From assembly GCA_028534125.1 (NCBI GenBank), contig CM052832.1, forward strand, positions 8,248,001 to 8,312,000: 64,000 bases of DNA, read 5' to 3'. Every line of letters starts with the position of its first letter. Position 1 is the first letter of the stretch. The notes beneath the pieces are model-generated. The model worked only from the letters and a program-made list of their open reading frames with translations. It made no database searches and was not told the origin of the DNA. A program made the translations under genes and the position numbers. The DNA comes from Lama glama (lineage: Eukaryota). This document shows, in pieces, positions 58,786 through 64,000 of this stretch.

Positions 58786-59224
58786 CCTAATGACTTCAGC
58801 CCATTTCCTTGTGTGTAAAATTGAGCTAATGATACCTGAGGTGAACATGCCTGGAGGCAGTGTTTAGACCAGGGCTCTTAGAAGACCCTCCCAGCCCTCT
58901 GATCTTTACCTAAGCCTCCCAGACATCCAGGTGCCATCTGGGCTCAAGAAGACCTCAAATCCCCGTCTTCGAAATGATCTGGGGAGACAAGATGGCCACC
59001 CAGCTTCCTCCCAGTGTCAGGGTCCACGACCCTCACCCTCCACCTTCCACCCCAGGACTGCCCCAGGCATCTCAGGAAATTTGACACAAAGTTCCCCAGA
59101 AGCACATGAAGACATTCATTTTATGTTTGGGGAGGAAGCCCCACAGATAGATGAAGGAAAACATGTAGTGATTTACAGAGAAGTGGCTTAAAAGATTCAA
59201 GTCTCAGCCCCTCCCCAGCCACAT

Positions 59225-59390
59225 GGCCATGGGCGAACCTCTGCTCTCTCAGCCTCAGTTTCCACATCAGTGAAATGGGGATAACTGTACCTTCCCTGCA
59301 ACCCACATAGTGCTCTCCTGAGCCTCGGATGAATCAGGATGTGAAAGACACTTTTGCAAGCAGGGAAGAAGTGTGCAGAGGTTATTTGCA
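59225..59390 (+). mobile_element. MIR SINE
   Basis: CTCTCAGCCTCAGTTTCCACATCAGTGAAATGGGGATAA. Confidence 0.75.
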
Positions 59391-60199
59391 TTTACTGCAC
59401 GTAAATTGTAGCTTCCCATTAGTATTGTGATGCCCAAAAGGCATGGGAGCCATTTCTCTGACTGAGGAGTTCATGGGAAGCCCACATTCACTTGTCCCTG
59501 GGAAAGGTTTTCCATTGAGGTGGCTGTGGGGAGTTGAGCTACTTCAAACAGTGTCTCATGGTCAATAAACATTGGTTCAGAGAATGAATGGAGGAAGGAA
59601 GCAATGACCGCCATGCACGGTTATCCCTGCGTCCTGTGCTAAGGGGGGGACACATGGGTGGGTCTCCTTTTCTGCCCCCTGGGTCAGCAAATGAAAGTTC
59701 CTGAAATGGAAAGTTGAATTTGACTCTCATACAAGGTTCACATTGGGGAGGACAAGGCCCCAGACACACAAAACTTTAGGAATTTTGAACCATTTCAGGA
59801 AATAATTCCAGCTCCAGGCAAAGAGGATGTCTGATGAAGGGGGAGGGAGAACATTGAAACTGGGGTCAGCCATCGCCCACCTCCCACCATTTTATTTTGC
59901 TCCCATCTTCCCCTCCCCCTTCCCTATTTTATCTCCCTGCCCCCAACACTCTGCTGCAGCCAGAACCTGGCGACAGTGAGGGGAGCCGTGGGAAAAACAA
60001 TCAAACCTTGGTCAGCCGGATAATTAGCTGTTCCTGTGACCATGGCCTCCCTGTCCTCTCCCCCTGGCTGCCCCCCCACCCCTGCAGGACAAGGGTTTCC
60101 GAACACTCGGGCAACATCACCTCATTAATGTTAATGGGAAGTCCGGACATGAGCCTGGACGGTCATAAATTGCCCTGTGTGAGAAAGGGTGAGAGTTTG

Positions 60200-60540
60200 T
60201 ATCTGTGTGTTCTGCACATGTGTGCGTGTGTACACAAGTGTGTGATGTATGTGCAAGTGTGTATCACTTGTGTGCTGCCTATGAATGTGTCTGTGTACAG
60301 TATGTGTGCATAGCCCAAAAGAGAAAGGGTATGTGTGTGAACTGGGTACGTATACTGCATATATGTGAGTGTGCATGTGTGTGCACTTGAAAATATCTCT
60401 GCAGCAACTTGTGCCTTTGTAATAAATGTAATAAAACATTGATATCAAAGCACACATCACACAATATTTAGGTGCCTTCACGTGCATAGGTCACGCACAC
60501 ATATGAATACATGCATGATATACACACTCATACTGTCAGT
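60200..60540. repeat. Degenerate TG-rich then CA-rich low-complexity tract
   Basis: TGTG/TATG runs at 60200-60385 and CACA/TACA runs at 60450-60530. Confidence 0.75.
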
Positions 60541-61029
60541 GTGCACTGTCAGTATCTGGGCTTCTCTACAGGATAGGAAGTGTTTGAAACAAAGCCTGGC
60601 CCATTCCAAGTAGCCACTAGTGTTGGTTATTTTTAGCAGCAATAGATCTAATTACACATGTCAACAAGTGCATGTAGGGGCCCACTTTGTGTAAATCTGG
60701 GTCTCGGGGTAATGGTTTGAATGTCTACATCCAAGAAGATGCTGTAAATATATCTGTGAGCCTAAGGGTACGTGTGCATGTATGTAGGGTCTGCGTTCAT
60801 GTGGATCTGTGTCCCCTGTGTATGTACCAGATTTACTGGCACACTGACAGTAGAGAACAGCTAGGTAGCTGCAGCCTGGCCCTACACTCCCATCCCATGG
60901 GGCTGCTCCGAGGAGGGGAAGCTGGCTCCAGCATCCCCACCCCAACGCATGGCTGGGACGGGTACACACCACGCAGATGTTCCCAGGCTGCCCAGTGCCA
61001 CTGACCAGCCCAGGGGCGAGCGGGAAACC

Positions 61030-61480
61030 TGGAGCCTCCCCTCCTCTTCCCTCTCCCTACAAATCCTCCAATCTCCAAGCGCTGTCAGCTCCCACCCTAC
61101 ACCTCTCAATCTGTCCATTCCCTCTCTGTCCCCTCTCAGGACAGCAATAGCCTCTTGTCCCTTCTAATCCATTCTCCGCAGTGCAGAGAAAGTGATCTTT
61201 TAGAAATGCAAATCTCATCACCTCGCTCCCTCGCCTGCTTAACACCCCTTAATAGCTTTGCATTGCTCTTTGGATAAGGTCTAAAATCCCCCGAACAGCC
61301 TCTGAGGCTGGGCCTGATCACCCCAGCCCAGTCTCCCACCCTCTCCCGGGGCCCCAGCTCCTGCACCACCGCAGCCTTCCTCTCCCAGGGCCCCACACCT
61401 TCGGTTCCCTCTGCCTGGAATGCTCTGCTCCCTCCTGGCTTCCACTCCTTTCAGGCCTTGCCTCTGGAAGCCTCTACGTA
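61030..61480 (+). mobile_element. L2 fragment
   Basis: AATCCATTCTCCGCAGTGCAG..GTGATCTTTTAGAAATGCAAATCT..GTTCCCTCTGCCTGGAATGCTCT. Confidence 0.8.
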
Positions 61481-62894
61481 CAGATCTCCCCAGTTTTGTG
61501 CTTTCCTGTCACCCTGTAATTCTCACTACTACCCTCAACACCCAGTCAATCCCATAGTTGTGCTGCTGTGTCCTCCTTGTACTCCTGGGAAGTGTCCTGG
61601 CCGCCAGGAGTCAGGTGTTGCCACAGGCACAGGACCTCATGGCCCCGGCACCTGCTGTGCCCCCGCTCTCAAGAAGCCAGCAGTCTCTTGGGAGAAAGAG
61701 ACACGGACACAGAGAAGACTGTAAAATTAGAGCACGGAGGGAGGTGACAAGGGGCAAGGCGGTGCTGACAGAGTTGGGCCTTAAGAAATGAAGAGTGAGC
61801 CGGGACAGGGAATTCCAGAGGGTGCGAACAGCAGGCGCAAGCAGGCTGGCATGTGCAGCTTACTGCTGCTGCAGCATTGACTAAAACATGGGAAGTAGTT
61901 AGAAGTAAAACTGGGAAGGCCAGTGGGGCCCAGATTGTGAGACCTCAAATATCTCGTATTTCTTAAATGATTAGATACCCATCAGCCCAAGAATCTGAAG
62001 TCCCATCTGTGTTGGGGACACTCCTGCCTATCAGGCACCACCTGACTGAGAGGTGGCTTCCCTCATCCCTGTTGGAGCCAGCTCAGGACCCCTGGGATGG
62101 CTATTGGGTCCACAGCCCCCAATTCCCACTTGTCAGCAGGAAGGAGAGACCCAGAGAGGAACAGTGATTTCCCCTCAAACCCACAGCTCAGTTAAGTGTC
62201 TGAGTTCAGCCCAAATTGGCCACCCAGTCTGCTCAGAGGCTGTGCCCCCAGGGTCAGGGGTCAGGCAGCTCCTTCCCCAGGAAGGCTCCAGTCCCCTCTA
62301 AGTGGAGGGGACCTGCCCCTCACACAGGCCTCAGGCAGGAGCTCAGGCAAGGCGGCAGATTAGCTGTGTCCGAGGGGGTGGGGCCTCGGTGAGGGGGCCA
62401 GGAGCTGTAATTCCCTGCTTTCAGTCACGGCTGCTAATTCAGGTCCCCAGGGGCTTGCCGAGTTTGCCCCGCCACCCACCCGCTTCGTCTTCTAATACCT
62501 CCCAGCAAAGTCCCTTTGTTCTCCCGCTTGCATAAGGTGGTAGAAGCTGCTGCAGCCTCCTCCCCCATGGCACCCCCCTCATCAATCAGCCCAGAGCCTT
62601 TGCTGGTGGCTGTGGCTGCACCTCCAGTCCCTCCCTGGGTCCCCAAGAGCTTTCCACTGGGGAGAGTTAAGGCAGCTAGCTGCTAATAAAGACATACCTC
62701 TGAATCTGTCTCCGCCCAACTTTTGGGAGGCCTGGCATTGTACCCCACTGGCCCTCTGTGCAGTCTCAAACAGGGGCTTTTACTCACCTTAGGATGAGGA
62801 AGGCTTTGGCTGGCTCAGAGACACGTCCAGCTGTGAGGCACATGTCTTCCGACCTCCCAGGGGCGATCTGGCTGGGGTCCCCACTCCTAGTGAA

Positions 62895-63073
62895 CAGGCC
62901 AGCTCCGTGCTCATGTGTGTTGTGCCCTTGTACAAAGGCTCATGTTTAGAAGGGTCGTACATTTGGTTTCATGCTCTGCTGTCACCATCTTGATTGAAAT
63001 CCTTAATAGTTTGGAACAAGTGGTACAGCATTTTAATTTCGCAGTGAGCCCCACAATTTACGTAGCTGGTCCC
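62895..63073 (+). mobile_element. MER45A-like hAT-Tip100 MITE
   Basis: TTGGTTTCATGCTCTGCTGTCACCATCTTG..GAAATCCTTAATAGTTTGGAACAAG..GAGCCCCACAATTTACGTAGCTGGTCCC. Confidence 0.8.
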
Positions 63074-64000
63074 AACTAGAGTTTTGGAGGAAGTCCAGGA
63101 GGCAGCTAGCCCAGGAGCCTGAGGAGACCTGGGTTCTGGTCCCAGCTCAGCCCTGGATGATGTATGAGCTTGGGCAAGTCTTTGTCCTCCTTGAAACTCA
63201 GTTTCCCCAAGAGAACATTGACTTGGAATGCTAAACTAGTTTAACTAGTTTGAATACTAAACATACCATGTGGAACTACCCAAAAAGCCAAGTTCAACAA
63301 GAGCCTAAATGAAATAGAGATAGTTAAGAGAAGTGACAGGGAGCGGGCAGAAAAGAAGAAGGGGTCTGTCGGTGTCTGCCCATTTGGGCAGAGCCTGGTG
63401 TGAGGAGCGTGGGAAAGCAGAGCAAGGTGTCTGTTCTGGGCCCTGCAGATGCTCAGGGGCCGGGAAGGCCAAGCAGGGAGAGGGGACAGCTGAGTTGGCC
63501 GTAGGCGTAGAGGGAGGTCAGGCATGGCCCAGATGCCCATGACCCCAGTGGAAGGAACCCTCTGTGGCCAAGCCCTCTCTGAGCCAATGCTCTGATACCA
63601 TCCCTGCCTTTGCTGGTAGTAGGGTGGGCTCGTGCTTAGGGAGACTTAAGGGGTCAGATGTTCAGGTGGTGCTGGCCAGAGCAGCTCCCTTCTCTTTCCA
63701 AGTCTGGAAGGACCTAGAATCTTCCCCAGGACTGTCCCTTCCAGACCCAAAGTGCTCTGGGGCCATATCCAGCCTTTACTGTCTTACTTCCTTTCACTGA
63801 ACACTGTATTAGCCCACATGCTTGAGAAGAGGCCCAAGGGGACACAGTCCCTGCTCCTTGGGAACTGAGGCTGTCCTCGGCCAGGACGAAGGGCAGGGCC
63901 CAGCTTTGCACCTGCTGACACCACCCTAAGGAGTTGACTGACTCCCCCACTGGCTCCAGAGGTAAGGGCTGGGTGTCTGCACAGCACAGGGGCTTCTGGA

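Noticed and set aside
60627..60636. MEF2 consensus TTATTTTTAG
   Set aside because: It lies in what looks like a decayed MaLR LTR 3' end (AGCAGCAATAGATCTAATTACACA), so it is probably incidental.

Overview
Mammalian genomic DNA, moderately GC-rich and CpG-depleted, with no supportable protein-coding gene. The ORF track looks like noise from GC-rich sequence, low-complexity tracts and old repeats. The source is probably a camelid: there is a young tRNA-Ala(AGC)-derived SINE with A-tail and TSD and camelid/artiodactyl-type L1 3' ends, and I saw no Alu, B1/B2, Bov-tA, PRE1, SINEC or ERE. The window is dense in ancient MIR and L2 fragments. It also holds a 2.4 kb old L1, MaLR/ERVL/ERV1 solo LTRs and DNA-transposon fossils (MER45A-, MER3-, MER5A-, Tigger2- and mariner-like). 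Between repeats are short AT-rich or CpG-retaining islands with homeodomain/HOX, FOX, MEF2, E-box and GATA motifs, consistent with a regulatory gene desert or large intron. The most notable structures are: (i) a 37-39 bp hairpin-unit minisatellite resembling the L2 3' end, split by a MER41-like solo LTR, with dispersed monomers elsewhere; (ii) a MEF2/E-box module at 37.5-39.9 kb flanked by outward-facing TATA-like elements; (iii) a 60 bp L1 insertion with a perfect TSD. I did not find convincing evidence of a novel biological system. Repeat family names come from recalled consensus sequences, not a database search. Old-repeat boundaries are approximate (tens of bp) and all regulatory calls are motif-only hypotheses.
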